Source: Macrostomum lignano (lineage: Eukaryota). From it: a DNA stretch of 64,000 nt. The DNA lies in the NCBI GenBank assembly GCA_002269645.1, contig NIVC01001497.1, positions 214,766 to 278,765 on the forward strand, in the 5' to 3' direction. Position 1 is the first letter of the stretch; every line of letters begins with the position of its first letter. A program made the position numbers and the translations under genes. This document shows, piece after piece, positions 1-12,647 of the stretch. The notes under the pieces are model-generated. The model worked only from the letters and a program-made list of their open reading frames with translations. It was not told where the DNA came from and did no database searches.

Positions 1-135
1 GGATTTGAGATGGATTCCAGGGGGATTTAAGATGGTTTCATGGGGGGATTTGAGATGGTTTCCATGGAGGATTTGAGATGGATTCCAGGGGGGATTTAAG
101 ATGGTTTCATGTGGGGGATTTGAGATGGTTTTCAT
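1..135. repeat. Degenerate ~20-22 bp minisatellite (GGATTTGAGATGGTTTCCATGG-like)
   Basis: Visible tandem units at the window start. Confidence 0.8.
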
Positions 136-248
136 GGCGGGGGGGGGCGATGTGAGGCGGATCCAGGATAGTGTAAAAGAACGGTTCGAGTTGACTATAG
201 AACTAAAAGACTGAAGCCGGTTATAACAACACTAATAAGATAGTTAAA

Positions 249-3200
249 TCAGGAAACCCCTCGCAGCTGCGTGACCAAACCGATGACTTTGTCGACCGCC
301 TCCTCAGGGCTGGCCAGCACCGGCACGTTGGCCCGATTGGCCACGTCCAGCAGGTACAGCCGGCCCCGATTGTAGTCCTTGACGGCGTCCGCCGACAGGT
401 CGCAGCCGTCCCCGTCGCCGCCGCCGCCGCCGGCCGGGTACAGCTGCACGTGCAGCACGACTCGCCCGCAGCGGCCGATAAAGTGAGCGGCCTCGAGCAT
501 CGCCGCGGTTGACCAGGAGTCGCAGGTGATTACAAATAGCAGCACAAGGCTCTGGTCGCGGGCGCCGGATTCGTAGGATAGAAACCGGGACGACCAGTTT
601 GACACCTGGATTCGGTTGAGCAGGGAACAGAGTAAGTCCCCGCAGTTACCTTGAGAGTATTTGCTTTGAAACTCACTACTAAATTTAATATTTATCACCA
701 GAATCTCCCATTCCTCATTACCAGAATCTTCTATTCCTCATCACCAGAATCTCCCATTTTTCATAAGCAGAACCTCCCATTCCTCATAACCAGAATCTCC
801 CATTCCTCATCACCAGAATCTCCCACTCCCCATTACCAGAATCTCCCATTCCTCATAACCAGAATCTCCCATTCCCCATCACCAGAATCTTCCATTCCCC
901 ATCACCAGAATCTCCCATTCCTCATCACCAGAATCTTCCATTCCCTATCACCAGAATCTCCCATTCCTCATCACCGGAATCTCCCATTCCCCATCACCAG
1001 AATCTCCCATTCCTCATCACCAGAATCTCCCATTCCCCATCACCAGAATCTCCCATTCCTCATAACCAGAATCTCCCATTCCTCATAACCAGAATCTCCC
1101 ATTCCCCATCACCAGAATCTTCCATTCCCCATCACCAGAATCTCCCATTCCTCATAACCAGAATCTTCTATTCCTCATCACCAGAATCTCCCATTTTTCA
1201 TAAGCAGAACCTCCCATTCCTCATAACCAGAATCTCCCATTCCTCATCACCAGAATCTCCCACTCCCCATTACCAGAATCTCCCATTCCTCATAACCAGA
1301 ATCTCCCGTTCCTCATCATCAGAATCTCCCATTCCTCATAACCAGAATCTTCCATTCCCCATCACCAGAATCTCCCATTCCTCATAACCAGAATCTCCCA
1401 TTCCCCATCACCAGAATCTTCCATTCCCCATCACCAGAATCTCCCATTCCTCATCACCAGAATCTTCCATTCCCCATCACCAGAATCTCCCATTCCTCAT
1501 CACCAGAATCTCCCATTCCCCATCACCAGAATCTCCCATTCCTCATCACCAGAATCTCCCATTCCCCATCACCAGAATCTCCCATTCCTCATAACCAGAA
1601 TCTCCCATTCCTCATAACTAGAATCTCTCATTCCTCATCACCATAATCTCCCATTCCTCATAACCAGAATCTCCCATTCCCCATCACCAGAATCTCCCAT
1701 TCCCCATCACCAGAATCTCCCATTCCCCATCACCAGAATCTCCCATTCCCCATCACCAGAATTGCTGATTGAATCGCCCCTCACCTGGGGATTATAATAG
1801 GAGATGCCGGCAGCCTGCAGCCTGGGTATCGCCGCATCGTCACGCCAGCGGCTCCGGCCGCACGTGCCGCCCAAGAAGACGTCATAGATTGGCGCGGCCG
1901 CCGACAGGGCAGACGCCGGTCCAGTTAAAAGCCGCTTAGCAAACGCCAGCGGCCAGGCCAGCGCAGACCAGAGCCAGTCGGTCCAGTCCTCGCGGCCGGA
2001 CTCGCTAGAGTACAACAGACACAGGTCGGCAAAGCTCACAGCCTGGCCAGGCTCGGGCAGCACCGACATGTCGAAACTGTCGCAGTCGTTGCGCCGACGC
2101 CCAATAACGCCGCCGCCGACGCCGCCGCTCATTGTCTCCAGGATGAGGCCGGCTGCGTCAGCCGAGATGCGGCCAGTCCGGCCAGTGTCGTGACAGCGGA
2201 ACAGCTCCCAGAGCAGGGTGAGGGTGCGGCTGACCGGAGCGGCCGAGTCCCACACTGGGCTGACGCCGTCATCTGGTGACAGCTTGGTTACCGACTGCCT
2301 CTGTTGAATGAGCGCGAAGTTATGGGGAGTGCGGAATGTTAACCAGAATCTATAGATATATTGATTGTGAATTCATCGATTTTTCATTTTCTAATTTTCT
2401 AATCGTGGTCTCTAATCCCCTAATTGTGGTCTCTAATTCACTAATTGAGGTTTCTAATCCCTAATTGTGCACACTAATTGTGGTCTTTAATCTCCTAATT
2501 GTGGACTCTAACCCCCCATTTTGATTTCTAATCCACTCATTGTGGTTTCTAATCCCCTAATTGTGAACTATAAATCCCAAATTGTGGTTTCTAATCCTCT
2601 AACTGTGGCTTCTAATTCCCTAATTTTGCACTCTAATCCCCCTAATTGTGGCTTCTAATCACCTAATTTTGCACTCTAATCCCCTAATTGTAGTATCTAA
2701 TTCCCTAATCCTGACCTCTAAGCCCTTGATTGTGGCCTCTAATCCCGTAATTGTGGTCTCTAATTCCCTAATAGTCCGTTTTTCATCAGATCCCAACTAT
2801 CGGCTATTTTTTCAAATCCCCTAATTATGAACTCTTTTACAGGGTCCCCAGATTTCAGATCAGATTCCGAGACTTGTTGCTTCAGACACTTGAGCAAAAA
2901 AACTTACAGGCTTCTTAAATCCCTCTCACCTGTTTGACAAGAGTTTTGACAGCCTGCAGCGCGGCTGGCAAGCTGTCAAACACGGGAATTTGACAGCGCT
3001 CAACCAGATCGATGAGGAATAGGAGACTGCGATGGATCGACTCCTGCTCCCTGTTTTAAATAAAAGTTGCATTTATGACATTTGCAATATCGCTGAAAAT
3101 TCATGACTCAGATGTACTCAACACCCATCAACCATTGACCAAGATTTACCATCGGCAATTGGCAATGCGGCTCTTGCCAGTGGTGCAGGCGTCCGGTATA

Positions 3201-5290
3201 ACCAGCACCAGGTTGCGGCCTTGGCCAGCTAAGTAGGCCGACTCAACAATAGAGGCGATGCCCCTGGTGCGCGGGTCCAGCACAAACAGAAGCACAGAGG
3301 CGTTGTCCTTGGCTGTGTTCTCAATGTCGATCAGTTGCGGGTACCACGAGTCCACTTGCTGCGAGATTTGGGAGGGGGGGCGGATGGCTCTAGGGATTGA
3401 AATTACAAAGTTTAAAGTAGCGTCTGTGCTAGCTATGGAGTTTATTAAAGTCATGTATGAGTATTATGCGACAGTCACGCAGGTATTTGTCATGCAACAT
3501 CATTTGAAGATAGCAGTCAGTTGAAGGTCACGAGATGGTAAGTGATGGCCAGTTGAAGGTCATGAGATGGTTAAAGTGATGGCTATTTGAAGGTCACGAG
3601 ATGGTTAAAGTGATGTCCATTTGAAGGTCATGAGATGGTTAAAGTGATGTCCATTTGAAGGTCACGAGATGGTTAAAGTGATGTCCATTTGAAGGTCATC
3701 AGATGGTTAAAGTGATGTCCATTTGAAGGTCACGAGATGGTTAAAGTGATGTCCATTTGAAGTTCATCAGATGGTTAAAGTGATGTCCATTTGAAGGTCA
3801 CGAGATGGTTAAAGTGATGTCCATTTGAAGTTCATCAGATGGTTAAAGTGATGTCCATTTGAAGGTCACGAGATGGTTAAGGTGATGGCTATTTGAAGGT
3901 CACGAGATGGTTAAGGTGATGGCTATTTGAAGGTCACGAGATGGTTAAAGTGATGTCCATTTGAAGGTCATGAGATGGTTAAAGTGATGTCCATTTGAAG
4001 GTCACGAGATGGTTAAGGAGATGGCCATTTGAAGGTCACGTGATGATCATTGACGTTAATCTCACAATAAAGATCTCTTGTTAGACAAGATCAGACACAG
4101 AAGCCAGAGACTCACCGGGTTATAAAAGCTTATCCGTTCTTTGACTAGAAACGGCACGGCGGTGTCGCTGCGCCACGTGGTCGGATTGCAGGCTCCGCCT
4201 AGAAACACGGAGCAGCGCGGCTCGTCGCTTAGCAACGGCCTGCCGCCGCCGCCGCCGCCGCCAACGACGACGACTCCGCGCCGTAGACTGGGACGGCGCC
4301 ATCTGCCGAAGCCGACACCGACGCTAGATCTTCGACGATAAGCGACGCTTGGACCCCCGGCCGGGGCCGATGCGCCGATGCTGAAGCGACTTTTCTTGCG
4401 ACGATTTTTCAGACAGCCGACCAGCACGCAGAATAGCTCGAATGAGAAGCCGCCGCCAAGTCCGCAGCCGTTGGACCGACTTTGCCGGCTCCTGCTGGCT
4501 CGGAGTGCCGCTTTCAGGCTGACCGGGAAATCGCTGCACTGCAGCTCCAGTACTGTGGGGGGGCGGTATGTTTGAGTTTAATTTAAAATGAATTTTAAAT
4601 ACGAGGTCATGGCAAAAACGTGAATAGAAGAATCTCGTTCACGTTTTTCATGAATTTTTTTTCTCGCTTGGGATCAGATTGGCTTTTGTCAGTTATCGTG
4701 ACGCTAGTCCGTAAAGAGGCAAGCAGTCATGCTTATTCCGATGAAGCTTTCAGCACGCAGGTATACGCTCACACTCACACACGCTTATATACACACACTC
4801 TCTCACATACGTTTACACACGGTGAAACTCGCTCAAACCCGCTCACACACATTCACACACGCTCACACATGCTCATACACGGTCATTCACGCTCACACAC
4901 GCTCATACATGTTCAGAACGCTCACACACACGCTCACACTCTCACACACGCTCACACTCTCACACACGCTCACACACTTTCACACACACTTTGTGTACAA
5001 AAGTACAGCAAAATTAGCAAATTTAGGACACTCACTCTGCGACCTGCTAGGATAGATGCCAAACCGATGGGCAGCCTTTTGAATTCGTTGCACCAGAGGG
5101 CCGCCTCGGTCTGTCCGGGCCGCGCTGTCCAATTCGTAGCGATCGAATGCCGCCCTGAGCTGCCTGGCGAGTTTATTTTAGTGTGTGTTGGTTTTTTTAA
5201 ACTACTTATATGAATCAATAAATCAGTAGCTAAGTACGAATATAACATCAAGAAGTTATTCTATTCTTACTGTAAAAACTTCGATTTCAT
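249..5290 (-). CDS. raw: Raw homolog: two EF-hand-like regions and two nucleoside 2-deoxyribosyltransferase-like domains; 7 exons
   Basis: Exons 5271-5290, 5036-5163, 4116-4552, 3150-3358, 2930-3050, 1785-2300, 249-605; all GT-AG with matching phases. Motifs VFLGGACNPTTWR..A.P.L....ISFYNPQV..W and VFLGGTCGRSRWR...IP.LQ..GISYYNPQVSNW, plus LLFVLD..TRGIASIVE.AYL, match Drosophila Raw as recalled. Confidence 0.88.
694..1761. repeat. 23-bp minisatellite CACCAGAATCTCCCATTCCTCAT (raw intron 6)
   Basis: Direct reading of the tandem units. Confidence 0.95.
2392..2830. repeat. Degenerate ~21-bp minisatellite CTAATCCCCTAATTGTGGTCT (raw intron 5)
   Basis: Direct reading. Confidence 0.8.
3521..4040. 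repeat. 34-bp minisatellite TTGAAGGTCACGAGATGGTTAAAGTGATGTCCAT (raw intron 3)
   Basis: Direct reading. Confidence 0.95.
4765..4990. repeat. CA-rich low-complexity repeat (raw intron 2)
   Basis: CACACGCT/CACACTCT units. Confidence 0.8.
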
Positions 5291-5549
5291 CTATTGGCAA
5301 TAAAGTGGGCAATTAGGTCCGTAGCTACTTTTAAAACTTTAAAACAGTTTTAATTAACAAGCTAGGCGCAGTATAAGTGCACCGCTTGTTGACAGCGCGC
5401 CTGTCTCTGACATACAGTGCTGACAGTGGGCTTTTATAACAGAACTGAAAGTTTACGAATAAATAATTAAAAGGAATTGATGTATAATTAGAATAAATAA
5501 TTAAAAGGAATTGATGTATAATTAGCTAACCTTATCATTTTGGTTTGAT

Positions 5550-6276
5550 TGGGAGGTGGAAGACCTGGGAGAGTGGTGGAGGATCTGGGAGGGTGGTGGA
5601 GGACCTGGGAGGGTGGTGGAGGACCTGGGAGGGTGGTGGAGGATCTGGTAGGGTGGTGAAGGATCTGGGAGGGTGGTGAAGGATCTGGGAGGGTAGTGAA
5701 GGATCTGGGAGGGTAGTGAAGGATCTGGTAGGGTGGTGAAGGATCTGGGAGGGTGGTGGAGGATCTGCAAAGGTGATGGAGGATCTGGGAGGGTAGTGAA
5801 GGATCTGGTAGGGTGGTGAAGGATCTGGGAGGGTAGTGAAGGATCTGGGAGGGTGGTGGAGGATCTGCAGGTGTGAAGGATCTGGTAGGGTGGTGAAGGA
5901 TCTGGGAGGGTGTGAAGGATCTGGTAGGGTGGTGAAGGATCTGGGAGGGTGGTGGAGGATCTGGGAGGTGGTGGAGGATCTGGGAGGGTAGTGAAGGATC
6001 TGGGAGGGTAGTGAAGGATCTGGTAGGGTCGTGAAGGATCTGGTAGGGTGGTGGAGGATCTGCAGGGTGGAGGATCTGGAGGGTGTGAGGATCTGGGAGG
6101 GTAGTGAAGGATCTGGGAGGGTCGTGAAGGATCTGGGAGGGTGGTGGAGGATCTGGGAGGGTGGTGGAGGATCTGCAAAGGTGATGGAGGATCTGGGAGG
6201 GTAGTGAAGGATCTGGGAGGGTAGTGAAGGATCTGGGAGGGTACTGAAGGATCTGGGAGGGTCGTGAAGGATCTGG
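5550..6276. repeat. 20-bp G-rich minisatellite GGAGGATCTGGGAGGGTGGT
   Basis: Direct reading; lies between the raw 5' end and the CFAP157 3' end. Confidence 0.95.
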
Positions 6277-7054
6277 TCCTTCACTTAGCCAGCACTTAAC
6301 TACTATTCGCTAAAAATTCACATATTTCTAATAAGCTAAATCTCTTTGCACAGAGACACACCCAGAAAAGAGATAGGCAGACACAGTGAATTGAAGCAAA
6401 ATGTATTATTTCAGAAAATAGAACGTTGTTTTGTTAAAAGAACTTGCGCCTCTTTGCAGTTTATTTTATAGCGAATCAATAGTGTATATAAAAAAACAGT
6501 ATAGTTATTGAACAAGGCTTAAGAAATAGTGTACATAAAAATCAAATCAATAAACTGTATTTTTCAGAGGCGGCACACATTGTATTTTACACTAGTAGTA
6601 TTTATCACAGAAGGAATTTAGGACGGAACCGCAAAATATATTACTACTAGTAGATCAAACGAGGCGGAAAACCAAATAGGAAGGGAAGTTTAAGTAAGGT
6701 AGCCGAATAAAGAGTTGGAGTGAGAAGAATAGAGAAATAAAAAAGTTTTGCTACAGCTTTTAAAGTACACACAGTGAATTTCTCCAATCAGTTGCATACT
6801 CAATGGACCTCTCCCTTTTGGCCATAGACTATGAAGAGCAAGTCTTAAAAACAGCTTGATTCTCCTACTACTAAGATTGCCTACTGAACAGTAGCAAGTA
6901 AAGAATATAAAGCTAATTTCTTTTAGTGTGTTAAAAGTTCAACTCACGCGAACTTTCCCAGTGCTTGAAGTGCGTTTAACAATGAAAATCCTTAACTATA
7001 GCATAATTTAGTCTCAATAAAACATCCCAGTCGAGATTCCTCCAGTTTCTCTAT

Positions 7055-10000
7055 TCATAGCAGCCGCATCAAGCTGCTAGGCGTGCCGGAGGCGGCGGCA
7101 GCGTTGCCCCCGTGTCCGGCGCCGCTAGTCGCTTTGCTGCCGGTGCCGCTGGAACGCATCCGGCCTCGACTGCCAGCGGCTGCGGCAGCGGCGGCTGCAG
7201 CCTCCGCCTCCTGCTGCTGCCGCTTCCTATTGAGCAAGTAGGCCTGATAAGCGCCAGGCGGCAGCGTCGCCGAGGCGTCCGTCCGTTTAGCGGCCGATTC
7301 GCGCACCTTGTCCTGAAAGGTCGGGATCTTCTGGCGCGGCCTAGGGATCAACTGCAGCGAGCCCGGCTTGCAATGGCTCGGCACGCCGACCTCAGGCAGC
7401 GTATCGGCCGAAGCTGCCGTCTCCGCCGCCGGGGCCTCGTCGTCATCGTCTGCATCGGCGATCTCGTCCAGCGGCACATCCTCCTCAGTGTGGTGCGTCA
7501 CCGCCGTGTCCGGTCGACTGGCCGATCGCCGCTCGGCCGCCGTAGTCGGCAACCCGGCCACCGCCTCGGCCAGCAAGTCGCGCAGCCGACGCAGCAGACG
7601 TTCGCCGTCGGCCTCGCCGACAGGCATCTGCAGTGCCTGTTTGAGAATATCGGCTGCGGCGCTGACGCCGGCCCGGGCGGCCTCGTTCTCGGCTTCGGCT
7701 CTGCTGAGATCGTCCTCGGCGGCCCGTTTCAAGGACTCCTGCTCGTCCAGCTGTTGGGCCAGCGATTCGATCTCTTCGCGCTGCTCTTCTACCTATATAA
7801 ATTTTAGATTATTGAGATTAGACACTGTACTCGTTGTTGCACGCGTAATTGTTTTGTTTTCCTGTTAATTTATTGACTTTTTGCAGTGCTTTTTTGCATG
7901 ATCTCTACCCCACCACTCCCTTCATCTCTACCCCACCACTCCCTTCATCCCTACTACACTACTGCCTTCATCTCTACTCCATCATTCCCTTTATCTCTAC
8001 TCCACCACTCCCTTCATCTCTACTCCACCATTCCCTTCATCTCTACTCCACCATTCCCTTCATCTCTAATCCACCATTCCCTTCATCTCTACTCCACCAT
8101 TCCCTTCATCTCTACTCCACCACTCCCTTCATCTCTACTCCATCATTCCCTTCGTCTCTACTCCACCACTCCCTGTATCTCTACTCTACCACTCCTTCAT
8201 CTATCTGTCATACATCACTACCTGTGCATTCCTAATCAGAAGAATTCTCCCCCTCCGCACTTGAATTGCCCGGAAACAAGCAGCAACGAAGACTCAGAAA
8301 GACAAACAAGAAGCCCCGTAACCGCACCTGAACGCGCAGGTTTTCGCTCTCCCGTTCCATGGCTTCCATTTCGGCCTCGCGTCGCTTGAACTCGTCAACA
8401 AGCAGGTCGAGCTCCTTCCGTTTCTGGCGCAGCATCAGTATGATGCGCTGGTGGCAGGCAAACTTAGTGGCCGACTCTTTCTGGCCGCGCTCCAGCTCCG
8501 CTATGCGACGGCGCTGCTCGCGAAGGCGCTTACGAATCTCCGCGTTCTCCTCCATCAGCTCCACCTGATCACGGGTTGGTTGTATAATCTGTATTGTCTC
8601 TAACAAATCACAATAGGCTTAATTTAGGTTTAAAAATAGAAATTAATAGCAATACACATAGCACCTTCACGCTGACTCCTGAGCACATTCAACAAGCTCG
8701 CCAATACTGTACGCAGGCACGCACTCATACACACGCTCACACAGGGTGTACAACAGCTCTATCTATTCGTCAGACATGTACACTCTCTTGGGGGCTGGCC
8801 CTCAAGGGCACGACAACCCATCGGCCAATTTTTGTGCACACGAGCCCCAAATGAACGCGTTTGCGCACGGAATCGAACCACGGGCTCGTGACGCGAGAGT
8901 CAGACCCGTTTACCTCTGAGCTGCTCCTCCCCCAATACATCAATCATTTGAAATTTAATTTAAAAAGTTGCATATTTCATAGAGCTGCTAGCCTATTACA
9001 GCTTCATTTTGCACTCGCTTACGGTGCTTGTCTAGAGACATACTCAGCCGTGAACTAATAATAATAACTGATTACACCTGCACTGACGGGCAGATTTGCA
9101 ACTGGCAGCTCAGCCGCAGCTATTAATTGCGCAGCGCATCTGAAGGCTGCGTACCGATGTTCAGTCCAAGGATTGGGGGGTCGTCTCCATACACAGTCTC
9201 AACTACCCCAGCTAATGCTGGCACCCATTTTACAGCTGGGTGAACTGACCCACTAACTTGCTCACCTGTTTCTCAGACATCTTGAACATCTGCGATTGTA
9301 TAGACACATTCTCTCGAATAGTTCGCTTAGTAGTTTCGGCCATTTGTTTGTTAGAAACTTTGCGAAAATCCGCCGCCACGTGGTTAACTCGGGTCACCAT
9401 GTCCTTTTTAAGCCGGTCTCTGTCCAGCTGGCGGGGTTAAACAAACAATCGTAGAATAAAATCACAAATTTAAATGGAAAATTTGACATAAAAAGTAACA
9501 AAAAAATCAGTGATAATTTCCTACCAGATTTTTAGCGTGAATCCTCTGCTTAGCAGCCTCGTGATCCTCCAGCATCTTGTTAAACTCCTCAGTGAGCGCA
9601 TTGTACCTGGCTATGATGACTTCGCGATCCCGTTTAAACTCTTCTAACGAGGCTAATTTGGTTGCGGCCAAGTTGTTCTCGCTGGTCAGCTGGTCCTTCA
9701 TCTCCTGGAACTCGGTGCGAAGCCGCTGCAACAGCTGCTCCCATTCTTCTTTTTTCTGCTCCTTGAGCTGGCGCTGACCGGTGAGTCGGTCCTGCAGCTC
9801 GGCAATTTCGTCGTCCCTCTGCTCCATGGTCTTCTTGAGAAAGGCGACCGAGTCTTGGCGAGTCTTGCTGCTGTCCTCGAATGCGCTGAGCAGCTGGCTG
9901 TTCACCTGCTCGAGCTGGCGGTGCTTCTCCTGGTAGCGAGCGAGCCGGCGCTCCCAGTCCTGGATGTGCTCAAGCAGCTGCTCAAGCGACAACTCGTAGC

Positions 10001-10094
10001 TATAATCTGGCCCCTCCTCTTCTTCTTGCTCCTCGGCTTCGTCTTCTCGCTTGCCTTTGCTAGCCTTCTTGCCAGCTTTCTTCTTTGGCGGCAT
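7055..10094 (-). CDS. CFAP157: Cilia- and flagella-associated protein 157 (coiled-coil); 4 exons, ~568 aa
   Basis: Exons 9525-10094, 9266-9427, 8328-8564, 7055-7792 (all phase 0). Motifs IQDWERRLARYQ, VAFLK, EFQEMKDQLTSEN...KLASLEEF, LDRDRLKKDM..RVN.VA.DF, ETTKRTIREN, HQRIILML match recalled human CFAP157. Confidence 0.9.
7900..8200. repeat. 23-bp minisatellite CTCTACTCCACCATTCCCTTCAT (CFAP157 intron 3)
   Basis: Direct reading. Confidence 0.92.
8700..8932 (-). mobile_element. tRNA-derived SINE family B candidate
   Basis: Minus strand GCAGCTCAGAGGTAAA..GGTTCGATTCC (A/B-box-like); downstream TTTGGGGCT..TTGAGG.CCA.CCCC.AAG..AGTGTACATG shared with 28797-29070. Confidence 0.55.
9062..9248 (-). 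mobile_element. SINE family A, 5'-truncated copy in CFAP157 intron 2
   Basis: Shares CAGCTCAGCCGCAGCTATT..CATCTGAAGGCTGCGTAC..CCCCAGCTAATGCTGGCACCCATTTTACAGCTGGGTGAACTGA with 29940-30360. Confidence 0.78.
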
Positions 10095-10184
10095 CTTTTC
10101 TTTTCAAAGGCTGATTGACGTGCAGATAGTTGATTAATATTTGGTGGCTGACGAGCATGCAACAGGAGGTTAAGTGCTTTATGT

Positions 10185-10690
10185 TAATACGAGGGTGTCC
10201 ATTCAGCGTGTGTCTCTTAGTATCTATCTATGTGTCCTAGCATCCGTCTATGTGTCCGTTTTAGTGTCTCTTAGTATCCATCCATGTGTCCTAGCATCCG
10301 TCTATGTGTCCGTTTTAGCGTGTCTTAGTATCCATCCATGTGTCCTAGCATCCGTCTATGCGTCCGTTTTAGTGTGTCTTAGTATCTATCCATCCATGTG
10401 TCCTAGCATCCGTCTATGTGTCCGTTTTAGTGTCTCTTAGTATCCATCCATGTGTCCTAGCATCCGTCTATGTGTCCGTTTTAGCGTGTCTTAGTATCCA
10501 TCCATGTGTCCTAGCATCCGTCTATGCGTCCGTTTTAGTGTGTCTTAGTATCTATCCATCCATGTGTCCTAGCATCCGTCTATGCGTCCGTTTTAGTGTG
10601 TCTTAGTATCCATCCATGTGTCCTAGCATCCGTCTGTGTGTTTCAGTGTGTCTTAGTATCCATCTGTGTCCTAGCATCCGTCTATACACC
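10185..10690. repeat. 54-bp minisatellite upstream of CFAP157
   Basis: GTGTCTTAGTATCCATCCATGTGTCCTAGCATCCGTCTATGTGTCCGTTTTAGT units. Confidence 0.92.
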
Positions 10691-10931
10691 GTTTGAAATA
10701 AAGCAGAAAGAAGACAACCGCAGAAGCAGAAGCCCAGCTGCAAGCCAACTACGCATCAGCTCTCATCTCATATCAAGCCGACGTTTGGGGGTGTTTCAAA
10801 AGTAACGAGAATTTTGTTATAATCCATAAAAATAAAGACTTTCTGTGACAATATTTGCGTTCTCCGAGATTTTATTTGGTAATATTCAATAATATCCCGT
10901 AAAGTCTTTATGTCTATGGTTTATACGAGAT

Positions 10932-11028
10932 TACACATGCCTTTTTCGGGAGTTATTTTCATAAATCCCTCGGGCCTCAGGCCCTCGTGATTTATACAAA
11001 TAACTCCCTCAAAAGGCATGTTTAATCT
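10932..11028. repeat. Imperfect ~100 bp palindrome (MITE-like hairpin)
   Basis: GATTACACATGCCTTTTTCGGGAGTTATTT..ATAAATC..GGGCCTCAGGCCC..GATTTAT..AAATAACTCCCTCAAAAGGCATGTTTAATC. Confidence 0.65.
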
Positions 11029-12647
11029 GATACATAACTTTTGATGGGATGTACGTATGAACCTGAAATTTTCACCCAACAATATGAACAACTAAAAGCT
11101 TTATATTTTAAGCCTTATATAGCTGCAAGCAACTGTGTAACCGTAAATGAAAATCCATGCCTCGAGATTGAAGATTACGATTTTTGTCTATGGCAAAAAG
11201 ACTCAAAAAGTTTAAAATTTGAAGGCGTTTAAACTTCAAATTGTTTGAAGTTTAAACAATTTGAATTTAAACAATTAATGGTTGTTTAAACAATTTAAAC
11301 AACCATAGACAATTGCAAAAAAGCAATTGTCTATGGTTGCTGAGTCTATGGAGCAAACACACATGGGAAGGAATCGGTTTGCGCGCAGTGTTCAGCCTGG
11401 CTAACATTAGTCTATGGCCAAAACTTGTGTTGAAATCAACAGGCTCTTATGGATTCTTGTGCAGTCAACTTTCATGGGAGAGTCAATTGCTTGTTTGTCT
11501 TTTTCTCACTTTTTTTCTCTAACCTTTATGTACATAACACTGGCCTGTTCACACGCGCTCCTTCGAATAAACTTTTTCTTGACCACATCATGGAGCTGAG
11601 ATCCGCAGCTTTCATTTGAATCAAGTTACAATTGAAACGGACTGAAATTATGTCCGCTAGAAGACATAGTAGCAAGGGTTCCGGAACTTTTGACGGACAG
11701 TAGTTTCAGTGCATTATTGCAGTGTGTGAATTCTCATAAACGGTGATCACATCAGCTGCAAGCTGGAACCCGCACTCATCGGGGTCAGGCAATAATTCAT
11801 TGGGTAAACAATAGCGCTAAACTCTGTGCATGCAATCCCAAATACAGGAAAAGAGCCCGGCGTGGGCTACAGCATGTACATGTATACGCTTCACTGCCAA
11901 TCCAGTTTTTTTCGGATAGAGAGGAGATGGGAAAGAGACTTTTGGTTGAGGCTTAATCGCTAGGCAAATATGCATACCTAATGTGTACCCACATCAGTAC
12001 GGGCTTAATTACCTAAATGTATGTACACTCAGTGTCGCTAACAGGAGGCAGTAATGCCGGATACAGAATACGAAACAATTCTGCATCAAACAGGTGCTTG
12101 CATATTAATGGCAGTATCTACTAAATTGGGAAATAATTTTATACCTATATGTGCGAGGATAGATCAAATTGGATGAAACCTAATGTTGTTGCTAAGGGAA
12201 AATCTTGATAATAATTGTGGTAGCTAGCGTGCAAGTGCACTACAAGAAATGCATATACGAGTATACGCCAGGTCGCGTACAGCAGAAGCTCAAGCCTATA
12301 CGTAGGCAGTATTAAAATTGAAACACAGCAGCAGATAGGTATGAGAGGCTGAATGCAGCAACTGTAAACTAGCCAATGAACAACTGCCTGTATAGCCTCT
12401 AATTGCATCTCACTGGCTGCCAAGCGCAGGGGAAGCTGCAGAAGAAACAAAGAGAGGAATGATAGCAGCATATAAGATATTTCTGCCAAGCTGTCCAACA
12501 GAGCGCCTGAAAACGCAGCAAGCGAACAGGACTAGTTCGTCAAACACTTCTTATTAACAATAGGAGCATTTGAAGCGGCTATAGCGAGTAGATTTCTAAG
12601 GCGAGACTTAACTGTAACTAAAGAGCGCACAAGCCCCCAACGCAGCC

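Noticed and set aside
8864-8932. Functional tRNA genes here and at 28797-28860, 30400-30471 and 59808-59875
   Set aside because: A and B boxes are present but acceptor stems do not pair, and each continues into a shared repeat body, so they are treated as SINE heads.
12145-12498. 117 aa hydrophobic ORF on the minus strand
   Set aside because: No recognisable motif or splice context; codon style unlike the real exons.
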